A stretch of DNA of 64,000 bases from an uncultured Gemmatimonadales bacterium (GCA_963823035.1 CAWGKG010000012.1:480001-544000), one strand, 5' to 3'; counted from the first letter of the stretch, positions 51,161 through 61,188 are shown. Notes: a model not told the origin generated them from the letters alone. Program-made: numbers and translations.

Positions 51161-51970
51161 TCAGCCGCCTCGGCCGAACCGACCGCGGCGGATCGGGAAA
51201 TGTCCCTCGCGCGTGGACAGATCGATCTCGACGGTCTCGCCGTTGATGACGGCCGTGGCGGTCTCGTCGCCGTCGAAGGTGATCGTCACGTCGAGCGTCT
51301 TCGTGTAGTCCCCGTTGGGCCCGTTCACCACCGTCACGTTCAGCGTCCGATGGATGGTCCCGGAGAGGGGCCAGCGCGAGTCGGATCCGGGCACCGGCAC
51401 GACCACGTCGTCGTAGGTGAAGGTCCCGTCCATGTCGTGCGTGGCCTCGCTGCCGTCGTCGAGGGTGCGGCTCCGGCTGATGGTCTCCGAGCCGCTTCCG
51501 TTGAACGTTCGCGTGTTCTCGGTGCCCTCGAGGCCGCTCACCGTCATGTCGCGCAGGCGCTCGATGCTCGCGGACCAGGTGTCCCGCGTCACCTCGCCGG
51601 CCAACTCGAGCATGAAGTGGATCGAAGCGGTGGTATCCCGGTCGTAGGCCTCCTGCTCCGCGCCCGAGGCGTCGTAGAAGGTCACCTCCCGCGTGCCGGA
51701 GAGGTCCCCGCCGATGCCGTGCCGACCGCCGGGCTCGCCGGGGCCGCCACCCATGCCACCGCTCAGCTCGGGCGCTCCGACGGCGCCGAACGCGAAGCCG
51801 GTGGAGACGAGGTTCACGTCCTCGATCGTCGCGTCCGCGACCACGACCGCGGCATTGAGGAGGAGCTCGTCGCTGAGTTGGGGTGCCGTGCCGCTGTCGT
51901 CGCAGCCGGCAAGCGCGAGGGCGGCCACCGCGGCCACGCTCCCACCTGCGAACAGGCGTGGGGTCGTCAT
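51161..51970 (-). CDS. Hypothetical lipoprotein (beta-rich)
   Basis: GAGG RBS; lipobox LAGC; WPLSGTI...ITFDG. Confidence 0.75.
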   Translation of the reverse strand: MTTPRLFAGGSVAAVAALALAGCDDSGTAPQLSDELLLNAAVVVADATIEDVNLVSTGFAFGAVGAPELSGGMGGGPGEPGGRHGIGGDLSGTREVTFYDASGAEQEAYDRDTTASIHFMLELAGEVTRDTWSASIERLRDMTVSGLEGTENTRTFNGSGSETISRSRTLDDGSEATHDMDGTFTYDDVVVPVPGSDSRWPLSGTIHRTLNVTVVNGPNGDYTKTLDVTITFDGDETATAVINGETVEIDLSTREGHFPIRRGRFGRGG

Positions 51971-52062
51971 GTCGTCACATCCTCGTTCTGGGGATCGGTC
52001 CGAGTCGATTCTGGACCTGGAGATCCCGACCCACCGGTGGACGTTAAACCGATGCCCAGAGG

Positions 52063-52079
52063 AGCACGCTCCGTGCCAA
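52063..52079 (-). promoter_or_regulatory. Putative sigma-54 (-24/-12) promoter
   Basis: Minus strand TTGGCACGGAGCGTGCT (TGGCAC, GG-N10-GC) about 95 nt upstream of the lipoprotein start. Confidence 0.55.
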
Positions 52080-52106
52080 CCCGGCCCGAACCCATTTCCC
52101 CCGGGA

Positions 52107-54078
52107 TCACTTCTGCGGAAGCGCGAAGACCACCAGCGTTCCTCCGTCCGCCCCACCGCCCGTGGCGATGGCCACGAACTGCCGCCCGTCGCGGGTGGCG
52201 TACGTCATCGGATTGGCATAGCCGCGGCCGGGGAGGGGCCCCTCCCACAGCCGCGCCCCGGTGGCGGCATCGAAGGCGGTGAGCACCTCGGCGCCTCCCG
52301 AGACGAAAACAATGCCGCCCTTCGTCACGATGGGACCGGGCGCGCCGGCGGTGCCCAGGCGCTCCGGGAGCGCCACGCCGGCGAGCAGCGGGTTCGAGCG
52401 AACCCCCTCGTCGTCGCCGACCGGCTCCTGCCAGACGATCTCGCCGCGGTTCATGTCGATGGCCGTGACGGTGCCGTACGGCGGATCGAGGATCGGGATG
52501 CCGTCGACGCTGGTGGCCCCGCGCACGCTGCGGTCGATGTCCCACGTCGCGACCACGCGGGAGGTGTCGGCAGGGCCGAGCTTGAAGAGCGCGGCGCCCT
52601 CCGTGGCCTTCACGTACAGGTAGCCGGTCTCCGGGTCCACGGCGGACCCACCCCAGTTGCCCCCGCCGATGATGCCGGGTGCGCCGAGCGTGCCCTCGAG
52701 CGAGGGTGGGGTGAAGAGCGGGCCGAGGCGGAAGCCCCGCGTCGCCTGTGCCGCCATCGTGTGGAGGCGGGGCGTCAGGCTCACCAGGTCGCCCTCGGTG
52801 ACGCCCTGCCGGGAGAACGGCGGCGGGCGCGTCGGGAAGGGCTGCGTGGGAGAGGTGCGCTCGCCCGCCACGTCGCTTTGCGGCACGGGCCGCTCCTCGA
52901 TCGGCCAGACCGGGGTCCCGTCGACGCGATCGAAGGCGTACACGAAGCCCGTCTTTCCCGCGACCGCCACGGCGTCCACCTGCCGCCCGTCCACGTGGGC
53001 GGTATACAGCACGGGTGCGCCGGGGAGGTCGTAGTCCCACAGACCGTGGTGCACCGTCTGGAAGTGCCACACACGCTCGCCGGTGCGCGCGTCCAGGCAG
53101 AGGAGCGTCTCCGCGAAGAGGTTGTCTCCCTTCCGGTCGCCCCCGTAGTAGTCGCCGCTGGGCGTGCCCATCGGCGCGTAGAGCAGACCGCGCTCCACGT
53201 CGACGGTCATGGGAGCCCAGGCGTTGGTGTGTCCCTTCACCCGCCAGGAGCCGTCCTCCCACGTCTCGTTGCCGAACTCGCCCTCCTGCGGGATGGGGTT
53301 GAAGCTCCACACCAGGCGGCCGGTGCGGGCGTCGAAGGCCTGGATGTTCCCCGGAGGATCGTTCGGGTAGACGAAGCCGTCCCACACGCCGTTCCCCACG
53401 ATGACCAGATCCTCGAACACCACCGGCGGTGAGGTCTGGGTGTAGTGCAGCCGGTTGGTGTGCCACAGCAGCCGCTCGGTGAGGTCGACCTCGCCGTGGT
53501 CGCCGAACGTCTCGACGACCCGACCCGTCGCCGCGTCGAGGGCGATGAGCCGCCAGCGGGTGTTCAGGAACACCCGGCGCTGCCCGCCGCCCGTCCACAC
53601 CGCCACGCCACGGTGGACGAGGCCGGTGCCGTTCGGCGGCTTGCCCCACTCGACCGTGTGCGGATCGTACGCCCAGATCTCCTCTCCGGTCGCGGCATCG
53701 AGCGCGACCACGCGGTTGTACGGCGTGGAGACGTACATCGTATCGCCGATCACGAGGGGCGTGACCTCGAAGCTACCGGCGCGCACGTCCTGACCCGGGA
53801 TCGGACGCATGGGCCCGGGCACCGGGACGTCCCCGGTGCTCCACGACCAGGCGACGCGGAGGTGGTCCACGTTCTCGCGCGTGATGGTCGCCAGCGCCGA
53901 GTAGCGCGTCCCGGCCGCGTCCCCGCCGTAGGCGGGCCAGTCGGAGTCGGAGGCGTGCGACGACGACGCACCGCGGTCCGGAGCGGTGCAGCCGGCGAGG
54001 AGGAGCGCGGCGGCCGTGACGACAGCGACCGCCGTCAGGTGTCCAGCTCCGTGGCGGCCGACCGCCAGGCCACGGCAT
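52107..54078 (-). CDS. PQQ-dependent (quinoprotein glucose dehydrogenase-like) lipoprotein; start region probably frameshifted near 54040
   Basis: LLAGC lipobox, DWPAYGGD..G.RYS, ALDAATG.E.W, HRGVA.W, WHFQTVHHGLWDYD, GG.NWGG, PMTY. Confidence 0.88.
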
Positions 54079-54721
54079 CGTGGCCGCCGTGGTGTCGCCG
54101 CTCCTGGCTGCGGACGGACGGATCGCGGTATCGGATCAGGCTGGCGAGGTGGCGCTCCGTCGGTTGACTCAGCGCGCGCGCCAGTGGCCGTGTGCCCTCG
54201 TCGAGGATGTCGGCGACCTTGCGGGGCTGCATCGGCACCTTGCCGTCCCGGATCGCGCTCAGGCGTGCGAACTGCTCGAGGGCCTCCATGAAGCCCGGCA
54301 GCGCGCCCACCGCCTGCGGATCGTTGTTGAGCAGCCGCCGGCTGCGGGTGCCGAGGTTCAGGAAGAGCCCCTCGGTGAAGTCGGGGAGCGGATCGTCCTG
54401 GTGCACGGCGTTCAGGATGCCGAGCATCTCGTCCGTCTCCAGCTCACGCGGGCCGCCCTGCCATACCCACACGGCCGTCTCGGCGGCGTGCAGGGTATCC
54501 CAGGCGAGCTGGCGGCCCCGGTCCTGCAGGCGGCGACGCTCCAGGAACGCCTCCACCACCGCCACCGTGATGACGATGCCGATCACCTCGGTGCCGAGGT
54601 TGATGAAGAGGTCGCCGAGCGTGGTGTCCGTGCCGAACACGAACGCCAGCCACAGCATGGCGACCGCGAGGAGGAGGAAGGACCCCGCCACGATGGCTCG
54701 CATGAGGATGCCGCTTCTCAC
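54035..54721 (-). CDS. Hypothetical membrane protein (2 N-terminal TM helices)
   Basis: Hydrophobic N-terminus, NLGTEVIGIVITVAVV; tightly packed between co-oriented neighbours. Confidence 0.7.
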   Translation of the reverse strand: MRSGILMRAIVAGSFLLLAVAMLWLAFVFGTDTTLGDLFINLGTEVIGIVITVAVVEAFLERRRLQDRGRQLAWDTLHAAETAVWVWQGGPRELETDEMLGILNAVHQDDPLPDFTEGLFLNLGTRSRRLLNNDPQAVGALPGFMEALEQFARLSAIRDGKVPMQPRKVADILDEGTRPLARALSQPTERHLASLIRYRDPSVRSQERRHHGGHDAVAWRSAATELDT

Positions 54722-54734
54722 GTGACCTTCACCG

Positions 54735-57443
54735 TCATGAGCGCGCGCCGGTGGTGTCCGGCACGACGCTCGTGTCCGGAACCGCGCTCGTGCCCGGGAC
54801 CGCCCTCGTGGTGTCGCGGACGGTCGTATCGGGAACCGCCCGTGGGGTGTCGGCGGCGGCCGCATCGGGCTCGGACGGCACGGGCATGCCGCCAAGGGCG
54901 GTGTCGCCCATCGCGAACGGAGGCTCCCCGTACTGCAGCGCCAGCGCCGACGCGGGCGTGCGGACCATCGCCCGGTCGCTCCTCCATACGATGTTCGGCG
55001 CGAGCCCCGGAGGCCGCTGGAAGTGCTGGGCGCCCACGAGCTCGCCCGGCCGGAGGAGGTGCTCGACCACGTCCATCTCGACGGCGGCGCCCTGCTGCAG
55101 GGTGAGGTCCACCAGGACGGCCGGATCCGGGTCGCCCCAGTGCTCCACCAGCGTGGGGCGGTCCTGCGTGGGTAGCGCCCGACCGTTGAGCGCGAGGAGG
55201 CGCGTGCCCCCGGACTCGGGGAAGCGGAGCTGGATGAGCTCGGCCCCGATCGCCGAGCGCAACGCCAGGCGGACCCGACGCATCCCTCCCGCCATCGAGT
55301 CGGCGACGACCCACGCCTCGAGGGGCGGCACTTCCGGCGCGGGCGCGGAGCCGACGCGGGCCGTGTCCCGGTACCCGAACCCGTCCATGGGGCGGGTCTC
55401 CGTGAACGGGGCGCCGGCGCCGGTGGCGGCCCAGCTCTCGGCGTCCGTGGAGGCGTCGGGGCGCGTCACCCAGAGCGCCTCGCCGCTCCCGTGGTCGAAC
55501 GCCCAGGCGAGCGTCGACGGCGCGGGAAGCTCGGGGGTGGGCCCGGCGCGCTGGATGCCGATCCCCAGACAGGCGGCGCCGAGCACGAGCGCCGTGAGCG
55601 GCGCCCACCAGGCGTTCGGCTCGCGCAGGTGGTCGAGCGCCGGGAGGAGGAGGATCAGCCCGATCGTGACGAGCACGCCGAGCTGCAGGGCCGCCTGGAA
55701 CGACAGCCCCAGCCAGAGCAGCTCGACCGCCGGTGTGAGGAAGACGAGCACGCCGATCGCCAGGATCAGCGAGAGCACCCACGAGATCGTCGCGGTGCGC
55801 GGTCCCTTCTTCAGCAGGAGCGTTCCGAGGCCCAGGTACGCGGCGGTCACCGGCCACTGCAGCGTGGCCGCCGCCAGGGGCGCTTCGATCGAGAGAAAGA
55901 GCGCGGCGGCCAAGGGGATGACGAGCGCCCCCCACACCAACGGACCCGCGCCCACCCAGCGCCGGGCCAGGCCGAAGAGCGTGGTGACGATCGCCAGCCC
56001 GGCGCCGACGAGCGCGAGGACGTACCACCCCTCGTGATGGAAGGCGCTGCCGACCAGGGCGCCCCACTCCGGATGGAAGCGCGGCAGCCACCGCATGAGC
56101 GCCCACCCGACGGCCCCGGTGAGCGCGGTGGACACGAGGCCGAGGCCGAATCCGACCAGGAGGCCGGGCCAGCGGCCCTCCGACTTGACGATCGCCAGCA
56201 GCACGAGGATGGCGAGCAGCAGCACCCACGCGGCGACCGGGAGCACGAGCGATCCCGAGTACGCCATCACGCCCACCCACGGGACCGTGAAGTAGGTCAG
56301 GTCCGGCGCTTCGACCTGGGTGAGCGAGGCGTTCCCCAGCCAGCGGGTCATCCCGAGGAGGTTCTCCCCGTGATGCTGCAGGAGTGCCTCCGAGAGGTTG
56401 GTCGGCTGGTCGTAGGTCTGGTGGTAGACCGAGGCGCGCGAGATCCCCGCGAAGTTGAGCCCCTGCTTGCCGGCCCCCCGGAAGCGGGTGAAGTCCGTGT
56501 CGTTCGGGAGTCGCTTGTAGACCTCGTAGGAGAGCGAGTTCGTCCACGGCCGGATGCCGGCGGAGCGCATGGCGCGCACGACCCAGCCGTTCTGGTCGCC
56601 CGTCTCGAACATGATCGACGGACCGCCGCCACCGCGCATCTCGAAGTTGAGCACGACCTGGACGTCCTGCATCCAGGGGTGCTCGTCCACGAACGCCTGC
56701 GCACCGAGCAGGCCCAGCTCTTCCGCGTCGGTGATCAGCACGATCACGTCGTTCTGCAGGGGCGGGCCCGCCTTCAGCGCCCGGATCGACTCGAGGATCG
56801 CCACCACGCCCGCGCCGTCGTCTCCGGCGCCCAGCGCGATGCCGGCCGCGTCGTAGTGCGCCAGGAGGAGCACCGCGCCGGTGCTCGCCGTGCCGGGCAT
56901 GCGCGCGACCACGTTGCGTACGGTGGCGGCTCGGACGCGGGAGCCGCGCTCGATCATCGCCGTGGTGGTCTGGACCTGCGGGTCGAGCCCCAGGCCGACG
57001 AGCCGCTCGACAATGTACTTGCGGACCCGCGCCTGCTCGGGCGAGCCCGTGGGGTGTGCGCGGCGCGCGATCTCCACGTCCATCGCCATGGCGCGGGCCG
57101 ACGAGAACGCCGTGTCCGCAGCGTTCGCCGCCACCGGGGCGGGCATGGTCCGCTGCGCGCTCGTCATCCAGACCGCCGCGGCGAGCGCGACCAGCATGGC
57201 CGGCCCCCTCCACCGGCTCTTCGGCCCCGGAGCCTCGGGGGACCGGGCCTTCTTCTTCGCCTTCGGCGGCTTCCCCCCGGGGGGTGGCGGCCCCTTGGGC
57301 GTCCGGTCGTCGAGGCCGAGTGCGCGCCGCTCCGCCTCGGTGAGCTCGGAGCCCTCCTTCTCGTTGGTGTAGGCCTCGCGCTCTTCTTCGGTGATCCCGA
57401 GCTCTTCGTCGGAAGGGAGGTCGGGGAGCTTGTAGTCGGTCAT
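54735..57443 (-). CDS. M28 family metallopeptidase with multiple TM helices (ERMP1/Pff1-like)
   Basis: AHYD, GAGDDGAGV, DAEELGLLGA, NFEMRG, PNDTDF, YHQ; about 8 TM helices; ATG overlaps the dacB stop. Confidence 0.9.
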   Translation of the reverse strand: MTDYKLPDLPSDEELGITEEEREAYTNEKEGSELTEAERRALGLDDRTPKGPPPPGGKPPKAKKKARSPEAPGPKSRWRGPAMLVALAAAVWMTSAQRTMPAPVAANAADTAFSSARAMAMDVEIARRAHPTGSPEQARVRKYIVERLVGLGLDPQVQTTTAMIERGSRVRAATVRNVVARMPGTASTGAVLLLAHYDAAGIALGAGDDGAGVVAILESIRALKAGPPLQNDVIVLITDAEELGLLGAQAFVDEHPWMQDVQVVLNFEMRGGGGPSIMFETGDQNGWVVRAMRSAGIRPWTNSLSYEVYKRLPNDTDFTRFRGAGKQGLNFAGISRASVYHQTYDQPTNLSEALLQHHGENLLGMTRWLGNASLTQVEAPDLTYFTVPWVGVMAYSGSLVLPVAAWVLLLAILVLLAIVKSEGRWPGLLVGFGLGLVSTALTGAVGWALMRWLPRFHPEWGALVGSAFHHEGWYVLALVGAGLAIVTTLFGLARRWVGAGPLVWGALVIPLAAALFLSIEAPLAAATLQWPVTAAYLGLGTLLLKKGPRTATISWVLSLILAIGVLVFLTPAVELLWLGLSFQAALQLGVLVTIGLILLLPALDHLREPNAWWAPLTALVLGAACLGIGIQRAGPTPELPAPSTLAWAFDHGSGEALWVTRPDASTDAESWAATGAGAPFTETRPMDGFGYRDTARVGSAPAPEVPPLEAWVVADSMAGGMRRVRLALRSAIGAELIQLRFPESGGTRLLALNGRALPTQDRPTLVEHWGDPDPAVLVDLTLQQGAAVEMDVVEHLLRPGELVGAQHFQRPPGLAPNIVWRSDRAMVRTPASALALQYGEPPFAMGDTALGGMPVPSEPDAAAADTPRAVPDTTVRDTTRAVPGTSAVPDTSVVPDTTGARS

Positions 57444-58922
57444 GGACGCTGTCCCGCGAGTGCTTTGACGACCTCGTCGATGGCCGCGCGGACGCGCGAC
57501 GAGGGGAGTCCCGAGCCGTTGGAGAGGATGGAGAACACGATCTGACTGCCGTCGTTCCCTACGAGATACCCCGATAGGGAGTTCACGTTGGAGATCGTTC
57601 CGGTCTTCGCGTAGAGGCGTCCCTCGAATCCCGGGAGGCGCCGTTCGAGGGTGGAGTCCTCCTCTCCGGGTTCGGCCAGGGCATGTCGGAAGGCCTCGCC
57701 GTCGGGGCCCGCCGCCATGTACCGGAGGATGCGCACGACGGCGCGCGGCGTCACGATGTTCGCCGAGGAGAGGCCCGAACCGTCCCGCGGCGCGACGTCC
57801 AGCGAGTCGATGCCGACCCGGTCGACCAGGAACCGCTCGACGACGTCCAGCCCGCCCTCCCAACTGCCGCGCTCGCCCCGCTCCGCCCCGAGCGTCCGGA
57901 CGAGTTGCTCGGTCATCCAGTTCTGGCTCGGCTCGAGAACGGCCTGGACGATCCGGATGAGCGGTGGAGAGGTCAGCCCCGCCAGGCGCACGGCGTCCGG
58001 GCACGCCCGGATGCCGCCCGAGAGGCAGCCTCCGCCCAGGTCGGTACCGCGGTCCCAGAGAATGCCCCAATCGCCCACCACCTCGATGCCGCGTTCCGCC
58101 AGGGCCCGAGCCAGCGCCGCCGAGGCCTGACGCACGGGGTCCCTCAGCGCGAAGGTGAGCGTGTCGGCGGTGCCCGCCCGCACCCGCCCTTCGAGCACGA
58201 GCCGATGCGATTCGGGGAGGTAGCTCGACCGGATCCGTGTGGTGGAGTCCGGCGGTGCCGTCGTGAGCGTGACCTCCACGAAGTCGGGCGTTCCAACCGG
58301 GCTCCACGTCAGCGCCGGCTCCGTGTCCGGGTCGACGCCCCCATGCACGATGACGCGCAGCTCGCCGCGGTCCACAGCGAAGGCGCCCCCGGTCGCGGCG
58401 TAGCCGTACGGAAGGTCGTCCACCTCCCACGACGGTCCCACCGAGGTGGAGTCCCATGCCGAAGCGTCTACCAGGAGTCGTCCGCCCACACGGCGCACTC
58501 CGGCCGCACGCAGGCTGTCGGCGAGCGCGCCCAGCGCCTCCTCTCCTGAAGACCAGAACGGCCGTCCCAGGGTGGGGTCGCCCGTTCCGACCACGACGAG
58601 GTCTCCCTCGAGCGTTCCGTCCAATAGGGGGCTCGTGGCGTACACCGCCGTCTCGTAGCGGTAGTCCGAGCCGAGGAGCGAGAGCGCCGTGGACGTGACC
58701 AGCAGCTTCTGGTTGGAGGCCGGCACGAAGTGCTGGCGCGCGTTCCGCTCGTAGAGGATCCGACCGTCGCGTGGCCAGCTCCGCCAGGACACCGAAGTGC
58801 ACCTGGTCCATCGGCGGCGCGTCGAGGATCGCCTCCACCGCCCTTCGATCGACGGACGGCGCGCCCCGTCCGAGCGTCGCGCAACTCGTTCCGCCGAGGA
58901 AGGTCGCGGCGGCGAGGACCAT
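57440..58922 (-). CDS. dacB: D-alanyl-D-alanine carboxypeptidase/endopeptidase (PBP4, S13) domain; frameshift near 58775; continuous in frame with the upstream AraC region
   Basis: PASNQK (SxxK), G.GDPTL, SQN (SxN), DGSGLS..N, AKTGT, LSGY. Confidence 0.92.
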
Positions 58923-59717
58923 CCCCCGCACGGCGCGGCCCCGGCGACGCCGGGGGCTGGTGCCCGCGAAGAGCTGGGTCTGCACGTAGGGCAGGCCGCC
59001 CCGCCTGGCGACAACGGTCGGCGTCCGGCCCACCTCGCGCTTCATGGCCCTGGACAGGGCGTTGGCGGTGGAGTACCCGAGAAGGAACGCCGTCTCCTCC
59101 ACGGTCCGATGGTCTCGGTCGAGGTAGGCACCGGCGAGCAGGAGCCGGCCCCACAGGAGCATACGGTTGGCGGGCGGAAGACCGCTCTCCCGGAGAAGGC
59201 GGCCGAGGCTGCGGGTCGTGTGGCCCAGCGCCGCGGCGAAGTCCGACACGGACAGGGTCTTTCCCGCGTGCTCGACGGCCCAGGACACGATCCGCACGAC
59301 CTCCGGCTCGTAGCGTCCCTGGAGCATGGCGCCCACGCGGCTGGCGCGTGCCGACGCGAGCGAGCGTTCCATGGCCTCGCGGATCGTGCTCGCCCACGGC
59401 GGACGGCGCGCGAGCACGACGCCGTCCACGCCCAGACCCCCGAGGCGGTAGAGCTCGAGGCCGCTCTCGTCGACGTCCGCGTACACGGCGAGGGCGAGGC
59501 CGGTGTAGCGTTGGCGGAGCCTGCGGATGTGGGCGAGCGCGTCTTCGCGCGTCGGATAGTCTCCATCCACCACGCATCCGTCCACGACCTCCGTCTCGAC
59601 GATCGTGGTCAGCTCGCTCCAGGTGCTCACGGTGGTCACGCGGTGCCACGTGCTCAGCGCATCGGAGAGGCGGGCACGAACCCGTGCGTCGGGCTGGAAG
59701 ACCACCACGTATGCCAA
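58923..59717 (-). CDS. Pseudo-receiver plus AraC-type HTH regulator region with no stop codon; reads into dacB
   Basis: TTG start; receiver-like VVVFQPD and GCVVD; AraC HTH SVSDFAAALG...TVEETAFLLGYS.ANALSRAMKR.VGRTP. Confidence 0.82.
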
Positions 59718-59863
59718 GAGATTCCCCCCGTTCTGCTCGAGGAGGAGCGGTGCCGCTGTCGTCTGCGGGCCCTGACCCGTTCGATGTCGGGGAAGCGAGT
59801 GCGAAGATGTTGGAGGGTGCGGAGAACGGCAAGCGGCCGGAAAGGCCCTGCGTGCGCGCGGAT

Positions 59864-60187
59864 TCAGCCGACGGGCTCGAGCCTGACCGCGGTGCCGTAG
59901 CAGAGCATCTCGGCCGCGCCGCGCATGATCTCGGCCGTCTGGAAGCGCACCATGACCACCGCGTCGGCGCCGAGCGCCTCGGCCTCCTCGACCATGCGGT
60001 CGATCGCCTGCTCCCTCGCCTCGGCCATCATCTTCGTGTACTCGCGGATCTCCCCGCCGGCGAGGTTGCGCAGCACAGCCATCACGTCGCGGCCGACGTG
60101 CCGTGCCCGGATGGTGTTGCCGCGCACCAGGCCCAGCGTCTGCACCACCCGCATTCCCGGAAGGTCCGGTGTTGTGACCACGATCAT
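59864..60187 (-). CDS. YbjQ (UPF0145) family protein
   Basis: MIVVTT, LGLVRG, GGEIREYT, AR..A..RM, GADAVV, YGTAV. Confidence 0.93.
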   Translation of the reverse strand: MIVVTTPDLPGMRVVQTLGLVRGNTIRARHVGRDVMAVLRNLAGGEIREYTKMMAEAREQAIDRMVEEAEALGADAVVMVRFQTAEIMRGAAEMLCYGTAVRLEPVG

Positions 60188-60609
60188 CGATACACGTCCC
60201 GGTACGGGTCGGTGAGCCACTCGCGGTACCGCTCCCAGATCACGCTCGCGAGCAGCAGCACGATGCCGATCACCACGGCGCCGGTGGCGAGCTTCTCCCA
60301 CGGATTCACCGGAGAGGCGGCGAAGACGTAGGCGCCGTAGCCCGTCCACACGGCGGCGCCGGCGACCACCAGGACCCACCCGATGGGACGGGTGAGTTGC
60401 TGGTTGACCTCATCCCAGACCGAACGGCGGTGGGTGCCGGGATCGAAGGTCAGGTCCTGGAAGCCCGCCTTCATGGCGCGGAAGATCCTCACCTCACGGC
60501 CGAGCTCGGTGGAGGCCTCGATGTGAGCCTGGACGCGCGCGCTCTCCTCGGGCGGCATCTCGCCGTCCAGGAAGCGCATCAGGTCTTCATGGGACAGATC
60601 GTCGTGCAT
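60184..60609 (-). CDS. Putative membrane anti-sigma factor (ZAS-like N-terminus without Cys, 2 TM)
   Basis: LMRFLDGEM......VQAHI; two TM helices; directly downstream of an ECF sigma gene. Confidence 0.75.
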   Translation of the reverse strand: MHDDLSHEDLMRFLDGEMPPEESARVQAHIEASTELGREVRIFRAMKAGFQDLTFDPGTHRRSVWDEVNQQLTRPIGWVLVVAGAAVWTGYGAYVFAASPVNPWEKLATGAVVIGIVLLLASVIWERYREWLTDPYRDVYR

Positions 60610-60615
60610 GGCTTC

Positions 60616-61188
60616 TCAGGGGAACTCCGCGCCCATCTCGTCGAGCGCGTCCTTCAGCGCCCGCCGTGCGTGGAACAGCCGGCTGGCCACGGTGCCCTCC
60701 GGAATCTCGAGGATGCGTGCGATCTCGTTGTACCGAAATCCCTGCAACTCCTTGAGGACGAGGATCTCGCGATGGTCCTCGCCCACCTTCTCCAGCGCCT
60801 TCCAGAGCAGCTCGCGAGCCGCGCTCCGCTGCCGTACGCGCTCCGGGCTCTGCGCCGGATCCGCGGGTCGAAGCTCGAGACGCTCGTCCAGCGCCTCGAC
60901 CCTGAAGCGCGCCTGCCGGCTCCGGAGCACGTCCCGGCAGTGGTTGCGCAGGATCTGGAAGAACCACGGACCGAACGGGCGCCGCATGTCGAAGCGATGC
61001 AGCGCCTCGTAGGCCTTCACGAAGGCGTCCTGAAGGGCGTCGCGCGCGTCCTCGATGTTGCCGAGCATGGCCGCGGCGAGACGCAGCCCCGAGGGTTCAT
61101 ACGCCCGTACCAGAGGTTCGTAGAAACGGGCGTCACCCGACTTGCATTTGCGAATGAGCTCCCGCTCCAGATCCGGTTGCAACGGCAC
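60616..61188 (-). CDS. ECF RNA polymerase sigma factor (SigW/RpoE-like)
   Basis: DARDALQDAFVKAY, F.PWFFQI.RN, YNEIA.IL.IP.GTV.SRL..AR. Confidence 0.93.
   Translation of the reverse strand: MPLQPDLERELIRKCKSGDARFYEPLVRAYEPSGLRLAAAMLGNIEDARDALQDAFVKAYEALHRFDMRRPFGPWFFQILRNHCRDVLRSRQARFRVEALDERLELRPADPAQSPERVRQRSAARELLWKALEKVGEDHREILVLKELQGFRYNEIARILEIPEGTVASRLFHARRALKDALDEMGAEFP

Noticed and set aside
54735..59717. 1660-aa ORF suggesting an AraC-DacB-M28 triple fusion
   Set aside because: The middle third is out-of-frame DacB sequence caused by the ~58775 frameshift. DacB has its own stop at 57440 overlapping the M28 ATG, so only the AraC-DacB junction is supported.
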